Shown one piece after another: positions 9,198 through 19,119 of a stretch of 64,000 nucleotides of DNA; within the stretch, counting starts at the first letter, position 1; each line of letters starts with the position of its first letter. The stretch spans positions 374,625-438,624 of the forward strand of contig JAJYXM010000016.1 in assembly GCA_021796435.1 (NCBI GenBank), read 5' to 3'. Source of the DNA: a bacterium (lineage in GTDB: Bacteria > Patescibacteriota > Patescibacteriia > 2-12-FULL-60-25). Under the pieces are notes generated by a model that saw nothing but the letters and a program-made list of their open reading frames with translations, was not told the DNA's origin and searched no databases. A program made the position numbers and the translations under genes.

Positions 9198-10418
9198 ATG
9201 CCACGCAAAATATCCGTCAAGAAACCCTCTAAGCCCGTTCCGGCGCAAAAGCTGACTCCAGCTCCGGCCCCGGTCTCTTTGCGCATGCCGGAGATGCCGA
9301 CGCTTACCGAGCAGCTTAAGCCGGCTGTGGCGGTTACACCAAAAAAACCACGAAGGGTGAGCGTGCTTTTAGCGTTGTTCGCCTTTCTGTTGGCTATCGG
9401 ATTATTAGTCATGGCATATGCGGTCTATCTCACCCAGCTGAATCTGACTTATACGACGGAAGAGAACCAGTCTTTGCGTCAAGGCATAGCCATAATGCAG
9501 AAGGAAGCCGCTCTATCCGGTATCAGCGGCAGCATGACGACGACCAGCGGCATAGGTGACGGTACGCTTTCCGCGCAGCTGAAGAGTGCGCAAGATCTGC
9601 AGAACCTGGTGCTACAGAAGTTGTCTGACGACTGGAAGAACGATCCTGGTTTGAGTCGGGGGCTCGGAGATGCCTTGGATGAGAAATATCTTTTTCCGAA
9701 CGTTTCCGATACGGGTGAAAATGATGCTCCGCCGGCAAACGGAACGCATTACTATAGCTTGCCTTCGAACGGCGGGGACAAGATATTGAGGGCTTACTTC
9801 ATCTGCACGAGCGCAGTCGCCACTGCTGATGCTCCAGTCTGTGGGAGATGGGAAGAGGAGCTGTGGGTATACGACACAAAGACGCAAGGCTTGGCTTATG
9901 TGGCGAGGCTGCAATCGGTCATAGGATCCAATTTCGAATATATCGATATGCCCTTCGCTTGGAGCAAGGATGACCGCTGGCTCATAGTGAAAGATGTGAT
10001 CCTGGGCTTGGGTGCAGGCGGCAGCGCGACGAGGCCGGCGTACAGGACTTTGGATATAGCGAAAGGCGATAACGTGAACGAACAGAAGCCGGTTTTCCTC
10101 GCCACGGATTCCGCTGATTTCTACGATACGTTCGGCAAGGTGATCTATCTTGATCAAGGCGATAAGTCGGTCAAATATATCCAGCCTGGACCGCCGAACA
10201 ACAGCAAGGTGGTATATAAGAATATCTTGGGCGGGCAGACAAAGGTCTTGTTGGAAGATCCGGATACGGAATATGAGTTGACGGGCATAGATTCCGAGAA
10301 GAAAGTTGAGACGTACCAGGCGACGAAATATACATTCGATGACAAGTGTCCGCGCGCCGACGGCAACCAGGATTGCGCAAAGAAGGAAACGACTGACGGT
10401 GAGATTGAGTTGCCGTAA
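9198..10418 (+). CDS. Hypothetical membrane-anchored protein with a Pro-rich N-terminus
   Basis: Single TM (VLLALFAFLLAIGLLVMAYAVYL). No known domain. Confidence 0.45.
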   Translation: MPRKISVKKPSKPVPAQKLTPAPAPVSLRMPEMPTLTEQLKPAVAVTPKKPRRVSVLLALFAFLLAIGLLVMAYAVYLTQLNLTYTTEENQSLRQGIAIMQKEAALSGISGSMTTTSGIGDGTLSAQLKSAQDLQNLVLQKLSDDWKNDPGLSRGLGDALDEKYLFPNVSDTGENDAPPANGTHYYSLPSNGGDKILRAYFICTSAVATADAPVCGRWEEELWVYDTKTQGLAYVARLQSVIGSNFEYIDMPFAWSKDDRWLIVKDVILGLGAGGSATRPAYRTLDIAKGDNVNEQKPVFLATDSADFYDTFGKVIYLDQGDKSVKYIQPGPPNNSKVVYKNILGGQTKVLLEDPDTEYELTGIDSEKKVETYQATKYTFDDKCPRADGNQDCAKKETTDGEIELP

Positions 10419-10468
10419 GTATAAACGAATATAAGAAACACCTCGGTAATTAGAACCGGGGTGTTTAC

Positions 10469-10497
10469 GTATAAAGGATTGACAAAACTGCAGAATT
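10469..10497 (+). promoter_or_regulatory. Putative promoter TTGACA-17-TATGTT
   Basis: Consensus -35, 17-nt spacer, -10-like hexamer, about 90 nt upstream of the 10586 gene. Confidence 0.4.
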
Positions 10498-10585
10498 GAT
10501 TTATGTTTTGCCATCGCTTGATCATCGATCGGCGCTGGGCCGGGAAATGTCTTGGTTGGCACTTTCAACGTAGGAAGGGAAAGCT

Positions 10586-11215
10586 ATGAGTACCATTAAA
10601 GGTTTGGTCAACCTCCCGCACGGTGGGATGTACGCGACGACCGAGGCGGTTCTGCATGAACTCTTCAGTACGATTGGCGACATGGGCTATGTCGCGAAGC
10701 CCAGGCAGACCGACGGGCATGATCCGCTCCATCCCGAGTGGGTAATCGAGCCAGGAGAGGGATCTTCAGGCAGGGGTTCGAAATATGTGCACGAGGCTTG
10801 GCACTGGGCTCCACTCGAGCCTGACCCTAAGCTGCACGAGATCATGCTGACGTCGATAGGGATGCCCTATGACTGTGGGATGTATCTGCAGGATGATACC
10901 CCGGGTTTCCACGAAATCCATCTTACGCGCCTGCGTTTGTTCGTCGCCGGACTCACGAAGCTCGACATCGCGGCGTGGGATGCGATGGTCGCACGGACGC
11001 CGAAGTCGGGTCCGGAGTTCATCCGCGGCATGGCGGCGTTCTGCCATCCGGACGCGGTCGTGACCGACGTACCGAACGAGGGCAACCTCTTCGTAGCGCT
11101 CGGACGCGCGCTGTCGGGCAGGAAGCCGTCGCGACGCGAGATGGAGGCGGCCGGTAATGCCTGGAGACGGCGCGACCGCGGTCCGGCTCTGCATAAGCTC
11201 GTCGATGACCGCTGA
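10586..11215 (+). CDS. Hypothetical protein (GC-rich gene)
   Basis: RBS GGAAGGGAAAG upstream. No recognisable domain. Confidence 0.45.
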   Translation: MSTIKGLVNLPHGGMYATTEAVLHELFSTIGDMGYVAKPRQTDGHDPLHPEWVIEPGEGSSGRGSKYVHEAWHWAPLEPDPKLHEIMLTSIGMPYDCGMYLQDDTPGFHEIHLTRLRLFVAGLTKLDIAAWDAMVARTPKSGPEFIRGMAAFCHPDAVVTDVPNEGNLFVALGRALSGRKPSRREMEAAGNAWRRRDRGPALHKLVDDR

Positions 11216-11283
11216 AGAAGTCCGAATCTGCTTGAGGCTTGGGAGAAATCCCAAGCCTCTTCTCTTTATGCTAAGCTATCGGC

Positions 11284-12270
11284 ATGCCAGCACAAAAAAT
11301 CAGTTTGCCGCAGGACGAGGGAATTCAGAAGGATCCGATCGAATGGTGGTATTGGAGTGGTCATGCCAAAGGTATGGACGGTAATACCTATTCCTTCATG
11401 TTGGCCTTGTTCAAGGTGCGACCGTTGCCCTACCGAAAAGTCCCCGCGGTCTGGTTCGTGCATTCTTTGGTGTCATGCATCGATACGGGAGAGTTCGAGC
11501 CGCATATCGAATTCTTCCTGAAAGGATTGGATCGGGGCAGCTTCAGCGGCAAGCAATTCAAGGCGAGCGTCAAGGAAAGGCTGAAGGTCGGTAAAAAAGG
11601 CGAGGGCAACTATCATATCCAGACGCCGCGCATGGAGTTCGATCTGCACGCATTGAAACCGGTGATGTTGGTGGGTGGGACGGGAAACGTGGATCTGAAA
11701 AGCTCAACCACGACTTATTATTCTTGGCCGCGGATGTCGGCTAAAGGCAGGTTACGCTTGAAGGGAAGCGCCCCATGGGTAGACGCCGAGGGCATGGTCT
11801 GGATGGACCATCAATGGAGCCCTATTTCTTTGCACGGCGAACACGTGTGGCGTTGGTTCTGTTTCCAGCTGGACGATGGGACCGACGCGATGTGTTTCGA
11901 ATATGGACGCAAGAAGCGCGCAGCCATGGTGACCTTATCCGATGGCCACGGCGGCACGACCTTCAGCCACAAGGTGGATATCATACCTTTGGGCGAGAGC
12001 TGGATCAGCCCCACGACAGGGGCGGCCTATCCTTTGGAATGGAAGATCACTGCGCCGGAGTTGGATTTCGAAGTGACATGCCGAGCTCGGGTAAAAGAAC
12101 AGGAGATGCTGTTCGGTCTGATGAACTATTGGGAGGGGCCTTTGGCCGCTGAAGCTATGCTTAACGGTAAAAAAACCGAAGGCTCGGGTTTCATGGAACT
12201 GGTCGGGTTTCCGAGGCGTCGATCATTGCCTGCGGTAGCCATGGAAGGCTTGAAGAGATTGTTCAAGTGA
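11284..12270 (+). CDS. AttH/CrtC-like lipocalin-fold protein
   Basis: N-terminal IEWWYWSGH motif typical of the AttH/CrtC family. Confidence 0.5.
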   Translation: MPAQKISLPQDEGIQKDPIEWWYWSGHAKGMDGNTYSFMLALFKVRPLPYRKVPAVWFVHSLVSCIDTGEFEPHIEFFLKGLDRGSFSGKQFKASVKERLKVGKKGEGNYHIQTPRMEFDLHALKPVMLVGGTGNVDLKSSTTTYYSWPRMSAKGRLRLKGSAPWVDAEGMVWMDHQWSPISLHGEHVWRWFCFQLDDGTDAMCFEYGRKKRAAMVTLSDGHGGTTFSHKVDIIPLGESWISPTTGAAYPLEWKITAPELDFEVTCRARVKEQEMLFGLMNYWEGPLAAEAMLNGKKTEGSGFMELVGFPRRRSLPAVAMEGLKRLFK

Positions 12271-12282
12271 TCGCAAACGTCT

Positions 12283-12573
12283 CTACATCTTATCCGCCAC
12301 TCCGTCTATCTTGGCGGCGAGGATGAAATCATTCTGCGATAATCCATCGATCTGATCGGTGGTGAGGACTATCGTGACCAGGAACCTTTCGTTCCTAATT
12401 TCCGGATAATGTTTTTCGGCTGTCGCGATTTCGCCGATTCCATTGACGAAAAACAGGACGTCAGAGGAATTCTCGAACTCGAATTTTTTTTGGACTTTTT
12501 TTCCGTCCGCGGAGATGATCCAGTCGCCGGCTTGTTTGGCCAAAGCCAATGCCTCCTGTCTTTCCAATGGCAT
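12283..12573 (-). CDS. Pterin-4a-carbinolamine dehydratase (PCD/DCoH-like)
   Basis: EALALAK...WIIS...KKFEFENSSDVLFFVNGIGEIATAEKHYPEI...THD-like pattern. Start placed at the internal Met (MPLERQ). Confidence 0.65.
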   Translation of the reverse strand: MPLERQEALALAKQAGDWIISADGKKVQKKFEFENSSDVLFFVNGIGEIATAEKHYPEIRNERFLVTIVLTTDQIDGLSQNDFILAAKIDGVADKM

Positions 12574-12697
12574 CGTCCAAGGCAGGATCGGTATGCAGTG
12601 TCGTTTCCGCAGATCGTTTGCGCCGGGCATATGGCATCATGATAGGCCGTGCGCACGGAAGTGCCAATAATCGCGGTTTCTGCTATGCTTTCCGCAT

Positions 12698-13114
12698 ATG
12701 GCCTATTGGCTGCTCAAAATGGAACCCGCTAAGTATTCGTGGGAACAACTGGAGAAAGACGGCGAAACTCTGTGGACCGGTACCCGGAACTATCAGGCGC
12801 GGAATCATCTGCGCGAGATGAAGAAGGGGGATTCCGTATTCGTCTATCATTCAGGTGAAGAGAGGATGATCGTAGGTCTGGCCCAAGTCGTCGGTGAGGC
12901 CGTAGCTGATCCGACGGCTTCGAGCGGCGATTGGTCGGCCATCACGATCAAGTCCTTGAAGCCGTTGAGTCGGGTCATTTCGTTGGATGAGATCAGGAAC
13001 ACGTATGGGTTGTCGGTCATGCCTTTGGCCAGCCAATCGAGGCTGACTGTACATCCGGTGAGCGAAGCCCAGGCGGCGATGCTGCTCAAGATCGGCAAGA
13101 CCGTGATGGGTTGA
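12698..13114 (+). CDS. EVE (PUA-like) domain protein
   Basis: MAYWLLKMEP...YSW...W.GTRNYQARNHLR.MKKGD...YHS... is the classic EVE pattern. Confidence 0.65.
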   Translation: MAYWLLKMEPAKYSWEQLEKDGETLWTGTRNYQARNHLREMKKGDSVFVYHSGEERMIVGLAQVVGEAVADPTASSGDWSAITIKSLKPLSRVISLDEIRNTYGLSVMPLASQSRLTVHPVSEAQAAMLLKIGKTVMG

Positions 13115-13145
13115 TTTTTTAGGGTTTTTCAGGTTAAATATCCGC

Positions 13146-15212
13146 ATGAAGAAAGCACAAAAGATAGCTTTGGGTTGTTTTGCGGCCGTCATTTTTTTCC
13201 TGTTCGCCGAATGGTTTTGGTCGTTGGGCGCAGTCGCATCGGTGGATGTGGCGCAAGTTAGGGTCGAGAAGGTCAATGCGACGGTCGAGATCAGGAAAGC
13301 CGGGGAAAAGGATTGGCGAGCGGTGGATACGGCGGTTGAGGTCAGCGAAGGCGATACGGTGCGCACCGACGCGGTCGGCAAAGCAGAAATTCGCTGGGGC
13401 GACCGTGGAGTGACGCGTCTGGATAGCGGCACGGAAGCCGTCATCGATAAGTTACCCGTCGATCTGCCTGTACTTACCAAGATGTCCGTCGGTCTGAGGT
13501 TGGATTCAGGAAGAGTCTGGTCGCGCGTCATGAAGCTCTTGGATCTGGACAGCACCTTCGAAGTCCGGACGAACGAGGTAGCGGCAACGGTACGTGGCAC
13601 TTCCTTCGGGGTTATCGATTCCGCAGAAGGCGCGGACGTGGTTGTCACGGATTCTGCGGTCAGCGTCATGCCTGCTTCGGGAGAGGGACAGCTTTCCATC
13701 GTCCGCGAGGGGCGCGTCGCCAGGTATTCGACCAGCGGCATGTTGGCAGGCATGCGTGATTTGACGGAACAGGACGAATGGCCGAACGAAAACCGCGCCT
13801 TGGATGAAAAATACGATAATGAGTTGCGTCAAGAATGGACGCAGCGTGCGAAGAAACTACATATCGCGGTCCCGGATTGGTTGGTTCTGATGTCGGAGAA
13901 TCTGCATCTGAGTTTGGCGAAAGGCGAACAACGCAGAGTGTTGGCTTCCGAGTACATCAGACGCGATTTGGCGGCATTCGCTTTGGATCCGGCTCGATAT
14001 GCTTCCGCGGAAGGTTTTCGCAATCGGAACAAGCAGGCTTTGCCGCTGGTCCTGTCGGGTAAAGAAAGGGATAATTTCCTACTGGAGATTTCTCGGACGT
14101 TATTTTTGTTGCGCGGCCAGGAAAAGCGCATTCTCCCGGCTGAAAAAGCTCTCGTGGATTTACGATCCAGTCTGTTCGCGACAGAGGATAACGGCGAGTC
14201 TTTCGCACGCGCTTTGGATTATGACGACCGGATAGATGACATTGTCCAGGCGTTGAAGAGCGGGGATCAGAAAGCACGCGTGGAGAAAACGACCGTGGCC
14301 GGTGAATTGGAACAATGGCTGGGCAGACTGGCGATCAAACAAGATTATGAGAAGCCAGATGAGAATATTTGGCTCAAGGTCTCGGCTTTGTATGAGCGGG
14401 TGAAGGAAGATGGCTCGGCGCCGCAAGATGCCGCGAACGAGGATACAACGACTTCTACGGAACAGTCCTTGGATGATCTGATTGAACCTGCAGAACCAGC
14501 GATGGATCAGGCGCCGGTTACGGTGGGGCAGTCCACAAACGAAAAACCTAGCGTAGCCGGTACGACGGAACTTCCTTGCACCTATCAGACATTGACCTTA
14601 GCGGCGACTCCGTCTTCCGGCATAACCATCGGGGATAAGGTCACGTTGACCTTGCTGGCGGCCTGCGCCAACGGAAAAGTCGACGACGTTACGGCGCGTT
14701 CCGTGTTCTATCCTGTGGAGAAAAACGCGGGTCGGATTTCGGGCAATATCTTCTACCCCGGAATCGCGGGCAGCGTCATACTCATCGGTTCGATGACGGA
14801 GAGCGGCGTGAGCCGGACAGCGGAAGCGACTATCGTCGTAGCTCAAGCGACCAGGACTCTCGAATCGGTCCAGGTGACCGCATCCGGACCCACATCGCTC
14901 TCTACGGGGCAAAGCGTTCCTGTGGATGCTGTCGCGATATATTCGGATGACCGTTCGCAGGATGTGACGCAACAATGCAGGTGGTCGACCAGCGATCCCA
15001 AGATGGCCGCGGTGATGGAGCAGAGGATGACTGCACTGACCGGCGCCGGACAAGTCGATGCGATATGCACCTATACCGAAGGCGGAAAGAGCGTCTCCGG
15101 AGCCTTGACCTTCACCATCAGCATAGAATCGGCGGCGCAGCCCTCCAGCGGAACGGTCCCTTCGAACTTGAACTATTCCATTAACCTGTTAAGCATCCCG
15201 CCATTACGTTGA
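13146..15212 (+). CDS. Membrane-anchored FecR-domain protein with C-terminal Big_2 Ig-like repeats
   Basis: N-terminal TM. FecR-like beta region (FEVRTNEVAATVRGTSFGV). Three C-terminal Ig-like repeats. Confidence 0.5.
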   Translation: MKKAQKIALGCFAAVIFFLFAEWFWSLGAVASVDVAQVRVEKVNATVEIRKAGEKDWRAVDTAVEVSEGDTVRTDAVGKAEIRWGDRGVTRLDSGTEAVIDKLPVDLPVLTKMSVGLRLDSGRVWSRVMKLLDLDSTFEVRTNEVAATVRGTSFGVIDSAEGADVVVTDSAVSVMPASGEGQLSIVREGRVARYSTSGMLAGMRDLTEQDEWPNENRALDEKYDNELRQEWTQRAKKLHIAVPDWLVLMSENLHLSLAKGEQRRVLASEYIRRDLAAFALDPARYASAEGFRNRNKQALPLVLSGKERDNFLLEISRTLFLLRGQEKRILPAEKALVDLRSSLFATEDNGESFARALDYDDRIDDIVQALKSGDQKARVEKTTVAGELEQWLGRLAIKQDYEKPDENIWLKVSALYERVKEDGSAPQDAANEDTTTSTEQSLDDLIEPAEPAMDQAPVTVGQSTNEKPSVAGTTELPCTYQTLTLAATPSSGITIGDKVTLTLLAACANGKVDDVTARSVFYPVEKNAGRISGNIFYPGIAGSVILIGSMTESGVSRTAEATIVVAQATRTLESVQVTASGPTSLSTGQSVPVDAVAIYSDDRSQDVTQQCRWSTSDPKMAAVMEQRMTALTGAGQVDAICTYTEGGKSVSGALTFTISIESAAQPSSGTVPSNLNYSINLLSIPPLR

Positions 15213-15213
15213 T

Positions 15214-16830
15214 ATGGATAAACAAAAATTTTTCGTCACGACGCCAGTATATTACGTCAACGACAAACCGCACATCGGTTCGACATATACCACGGTCGTG
15301 GCTGATGCTTTGGCGCGGGCGTATCGTTTGCGCGGTGTGCCGACGATGTTCCTGACCGGGACGGACGAGAACAGCCAAAAGAACCTCGAAGCTGCGGAAA
15401 AAGCCGGAGCGAAGGATCTGCCGACTTATCTGGACAGCATGGCGGATATTTGGCGGAACACCTGGAAAGAATTAGGCATCTCGTTCGATGATTTCATACG
15501 CACGACGGAGCAGAGGCATCTGGTCGCGGTGGATAAGTTTTGGCGAGCCGTCGCGGCTTCGGGAGACATCTACAAAGCCGAATACGAACGCGAGTATTGC
15601 GTCGGTTGTGAATCGTTCAAGACGGCAAGCGAATTGGTGGAGGGCAGGTGTCCATTGCATCCCAACCGTCCGCTCGAGAAGGTACGCGAAGAGAATTATT
15701 TCTTCCGGGCGTCAAAATACAAGGAAGAACTGCTCAAGCTCCTGGCCGACAAGCCGGATTTCGTGCAGCCGAAGAGCCGTTTGAACGAAATAAGGAGTTA
15801 TATCGAGATGGCGTTCGAGGATTTTTCGATTTCCCGTGAATCCAAGAAGCTGTCTTGCGGCATACCTGTGCCCGATGACGGAAGCCAACGCATCTACGTG
15901 TGGTTCGACGCTTTGATCAATTACATGTCGGCCGTAGGCTATGGTTCGGATGAGGAGATGTTCGCCAAGTGGTGGCCGGCGGATCTGCATCTCGTGGGGA
16001 AAGACATAATCAAGTTCCATTGCGCCTTATGGCCGGCGATGATCATGAGCGCGGCCAAATCCGACCCAAGCTTGAGGAACGAAGACGGAACGCCGAAGTT
16101 GCCGGAGCGCGTTTTCGCCCACGGTTTCTTCACCATCGATGGTCAGAAGATCAGCAAGTCATTGGGCAATGCCGTCGACCCCCTTGATCTGGCCAAGGAA
16201 TATCCATTCGATGCGATCAGATATTTTTTGCTGCGCGAGATTCCGTTCGGTGAAGACGGTGATTTCTCTTTCGCCAGATTACGCGAGCGGTATTCGGGTG
16301 AGCTGGCGAACAAGCTGGGCAATCTGGTCAATCGGACCTTAGCCATGAGCGCCAAATATTTCGACGGTAAAGTGCCGGAGGTGGATATCGCGCAAGCTGC
16401 AGGAATCAGCGGAGAGACGTGGAAAGGAAAAGCTGGACTGCGGAAATTGTGGGAAAACGTCGAAAACGAATTGACCAAGAACAGATTGGATCTGATGCTC
16501 GAAGCGATCTGGAATTCAGACGGCGCTTCGCTCATCGCCGCGGATAAGCTGGTGGAAGAGACGAAGCCGTTCAAGCTCATCAAAGAAGATCCGGAGAAGA
16601 CGGCATTGGTCCTATATGCCTTGTTGGAAGGTTGTAGGCAGTTCGCCTGGATGATCGAACCGGTCATGCCCAACATCGCGAAAAGCATCATCGAACAATT
16701 GGGTCAGGATGTCGCGGCGGAAAGGGCAAAGGGTCTGGAGAATCTGAAGGAATGGGGCGGGCTGGCACCGGGAAGCGCGTTGAAGACTGGCACAGTGCTG
16801 TTCCCGCGTTTGGAGGAAGAAAAAGAGTAG
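15214..16830 (+). CDS. metG: Methionyl-tRNA synthetase (short form, no C-terminal tRNA-binding extension)
   Basis: PVYYVNDKPHIGS (HIGH-type). KISKS (KMSKS). CxxC...C zinc knuckle (CVGCESF...RCPLH). Confidence 0.85.
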   Translation: MDKQKFFVTTPVYYVNDKPHIGSTYTTVVADALARAYRLRGVPTMFLTGTDENSQKNLEAAEKAGAKDLPTYLDSMADIWRNTWKELGISFDDFIRTTEQRHLVAVDKFWRAVAASGDIYKAEYEREYCVGCESFKTASELVEGRCPLHPNRPLEKVREENYFFRASKYKEELLKLLADKPDFVQPKSRLNEIRSYIEMAFEDFSISRESKKLSCGIPVPDDGSQRIYVWFDALINYMSAVGYGSDEEMFAKWWPADLHLVGKDIIKFHCALWPAMIMSAAKSDPSLRNEDGTPKLPERVFAHGFFTIDGQKISKSLGNAVDPLDLAKEYPFDAIRYFLLREIPFGEDGDFSFARLRERYSGELANKLGNLVNRTLAMSAKYFDGKVPEVDIAQAAGISGETWKGKAGLRKLWENVENELTKNRLDLMLEAIWNSDGASLIAADKLVEETKPFKLIKEDPEKTALVLYALLEGCRQFAWMIEPVMPNIAKSIIEQLGQDVAAERAKGLENLKEWGGLAPGSALKTGTVLFPRLEEEKE

Positions 16831-16831
16831 G

Positions 16832-17140
16832 ATGGGTACGCCGAAGTTCACACGCGTCAAAGAGGATTTCGTCTGCGGGCATTGCGGTTTGCATGTCGAG
16901 GGTTCTGGCTATACCAACCATTGCCCTAAGTGCCTGTGGAGCAAGCATGTGGACATAAACCCGGGCGATCGCGCCGCGGAATGCGGAGGTATGATGGAAC
17001 CTGTCGGTTTCAGGGTGGAGAAAGGGGAGTATGCGATATTGCATCGTTGTACGGTTTGCGGTCATGAAAAATGGAACAAGACGGACAAGGCAGATGATTT
17101 TGATGAGATCCTGAAATTATCGAGAAGCTTGCCATCCTGA
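16832..17140 (+). CDS. RNHCP-domain zinc-ribbon protein
   Basis: CGHCG...YTNHCPKC...CTVCGH motifs. ATG lies 1 nt after the metG stop. Confidence 0.55.
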   Translation: MGTPKFTRVKEDFVCGHCGLHVEGSGYTNHCPKCLWSKHVDINPGDRAAECGGMMEPVGFRVEKGEYAILHRCTVCGHEKWNKTDKADDFDEILKLSRSLPS

Positions 17141-17183
17141 ACTTGATTCAGGATTCAGGAGTCGCATTAGCACTCTGCGGGTA

Positions 17184-17232
17184 TAACCCCACCCAACCTC
17201 CCCTTAAGATAAGGGGAGGAGCGGAGGGGTTA
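17184..17232. terminator. GC-rich nested palindrome between convergent genes (bidirectional terminator-like)
   Basis: TAACCCC...CCTCCCCTTAAGATAAGGGGAGG...GGGGTTA, a 9-bp inner stem inside a 7-bp outer stem. Confidence 0.45.
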
Positions 17233-17371
17233 CTTAGAAACTAGAATCCTAGCTTATTCGTATGCCGGCAAGGGAGAACGGTGCAGGGGCTGTGATTATA
17301 ATTGGAACACCCCGCAGCGAGAGAGCCAGGACGGCTTTCGCTACGGGGTGTTGTCGCGTTGAACGCGATGA

Positions 17372-18880
17372 TTAGGGTGTGTAACAGACTTGGCAGGCGG
17401 TCACGTCGTATGTGTTCACGCCCACGGAGGCGGGAGCAGTCGAGCAGGCAAGACGCGCAGCGTTTCGGCTGTGCGCATTTCCCTTGTCGACGTATCTTGC
17501 CGGGTCCTCGTTGCCCAAGTAGTAGTTGAGCAACGAGGCGGTCACTGGCACGCACGTCTCGACGCCCGGGGTTGCAGTTGCGGTTGCGACGGTGGGAGTG
17601 GTCGCGGTGGGGGTCGGCTGGGACGAAGCGTGGACGCCCTCGGCGAGCTTGAATGCGCCGAGGATGAGCCCGAGCACGATGACCACGCCGATCACCGTGA
17701 ATACGATACGAGTGAAGCGCTTGCTGGAGCTGCTCGGCCGGCCACCCTTGCTCAGCCGATCGATCTCGGCATTGAGCTCGAGCAGCGTTGCCGTGTGCTC
17801 GGCAGCGAGTCGGGCGCGTTCTGACCGGGGCGCCGATGCCCGCGCCTCCTTGTATTCCGCGTTGATTCGGATGAGGTCGGCTCGGAGAGAGGTAATCTGC
17901 TTGAGGCGCAACTCCTCTTCCAGCCTCTCTTTCTCCGCCTCGGCTTTGGCTTCCTCCTTCTTGCGGTTCGCCTCGGCCTGGTCGAACAGGGAACGGTCGG
18001 CAGCCTCTTTCAGCTGCCTTTGACGTTCCTCCTGTTTGGCGAGGCGTGCGGCTTCTGCGTCCGCGGCAGCCTTGGCTTTCGCTGCGTCCGCGGCCTCTTT
18101 GGCCTTGGCGGCGTCAGCGGCAGCCTTGGCTGCTTCGGCCAACTTCGTGTCGGAGGCAGGTCTGGTCGCATCACCGAACCCTCCAGCCGCAGCTTCGCCG
18201 ACCTTCATGATGATCTCGGTCGGTGTGGTGCCGCGTCGGCTCACTGTGGAGCCGCTGGTCGTGGCGGGCGCCGGTTTGGCGCTCGCGCTTGCCTTGGCGG
18301 GTTCCACCTTCTTGGGTGGATCCGGAGCCTTGGCGACGAGAACGGGTGCGGGCGTCCTGGGCGCTTCGACCGTCCGTGCGGCCGGGTCGACCTTGGGAGG
18401 TGCTACGGCGGGCTTCGACAGCTCGTCGACAATTCCCTCAGCGACCTTCAAGGCAGTATCAATGGAATCGCCGCGCCTGCGGGCAGCGGCGTAAGCCATG
18501 AAGCAGATCACGGCCAGGACACAAACACCCTGGTCTGCAGTGAGCTTTCCTGCCTCGACGGCAGGCTTCACCTTGCGCGCCTTCTCGAGCGCTGCGGTGA
18601 TCCACTGCGTCGGGGTCGGGGTGTCGTTCCCTGCATTGTTGCGTGCCGCTGCCACTACGGCTTTGGCGAAATCGGCGGGGACGATGATGCCGAAGTCGAG
18701 TTTCTTCGTCTCGCCAGAAGGCTCGAGCTCGATGAACTCCTTGAACTGGGTCTCATCGAACGCGATGTCGAATCCGACTTCCGGAGTCGGAGCCGGCTCG
18801 GCTGGCGGAGCGGTGATGACGGCTGGCGGAGCGGGCGGAGGCGCGACGATCCCGGCGGGACCTTTGCGAGGCATAACCAT
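17372..18880 (-). CDS. Hypothetical Ala/Lys/Pro-rich coiled-coil membrane protein
   Basis: AAGGAG RBS 6 nt upstream of ATG at 18880. Central (AAKAK) repeats and a TM near the C-terminal third. The overlapping + strand ORFs are low-complexity shadows. Confidence 0.55.
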   Translation of the reverse strand: MVMPRKGPAGIVAPPPAPPAVITAPPAEPAPTPEVGFDIAFDETQFKEFIELEPSGETKKLDFGIIVPADFAKAVVAAARNNAGNDTPTPTQWITAALEKARKVKPAVEAGKLTADQGVCVLAVICFMAYAAARRRGDSIDTALKVAEGIVDELSKPAVAPPKVDPAARTVEAPRTPAPVLVAKAPDPPKKVEPAKASASAKPAPATTSGSTVSRRGTTPTEIIMKVGEAAAGGFGDATRPASDTKLAEAAKAAADAAKAKEAADAAKAKAAADAEAARLAKQEERQRQLKEAADRSLFDQAEANRKKEEAKAEAEKERLEEELRLKQITSLRADLIRINAEYKEARASAPRSERARLAAEHTATLLELNAEIDRLSKGGRPSSSSKRFTRIVFTVIGVVIVLGLILGAFKLAEGVHASSQPTPTATTPTVATATATPGVETCVPVTASLLNYYLGNEDPARYVDKGNAHSRNAARLACSTAPASVGVNTYDVTACQVCYTP

Positions 18881-19119
18881 GGACGTTCTCCTTTTTCGGG
18901 GGTGGAGCCCAACTCTCTTGGAGAGAGGTCGAGCATTCTGTTACACGTTGTGAAGAGCAAGTTAAGCGTTCTGTAAGTCAAAAAGAGACATTACTAGAAC
19001 GTGTAAAAATAGCATAAAACGAGGTTTTTGTCAAGGTTTTGGTTAACAGCCTAATTTGTCTAAATTAACATACGTCGGTCTTGTACCAATTTGACCTAAA
19101 AGCTATTATGATTTGACGT

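Noticed and set aside
17390-18976. Plus-strand ORFs (144-318 aa) antisense to the 17372..18880 gene.
   Set aside because: They are low-complexity Gly/Arg/Ala shadows typical of GC-rich antisense frames. The minus-strand gene has an AAGGAG RBS, a TM segment and coherent coiled-coil repeats.
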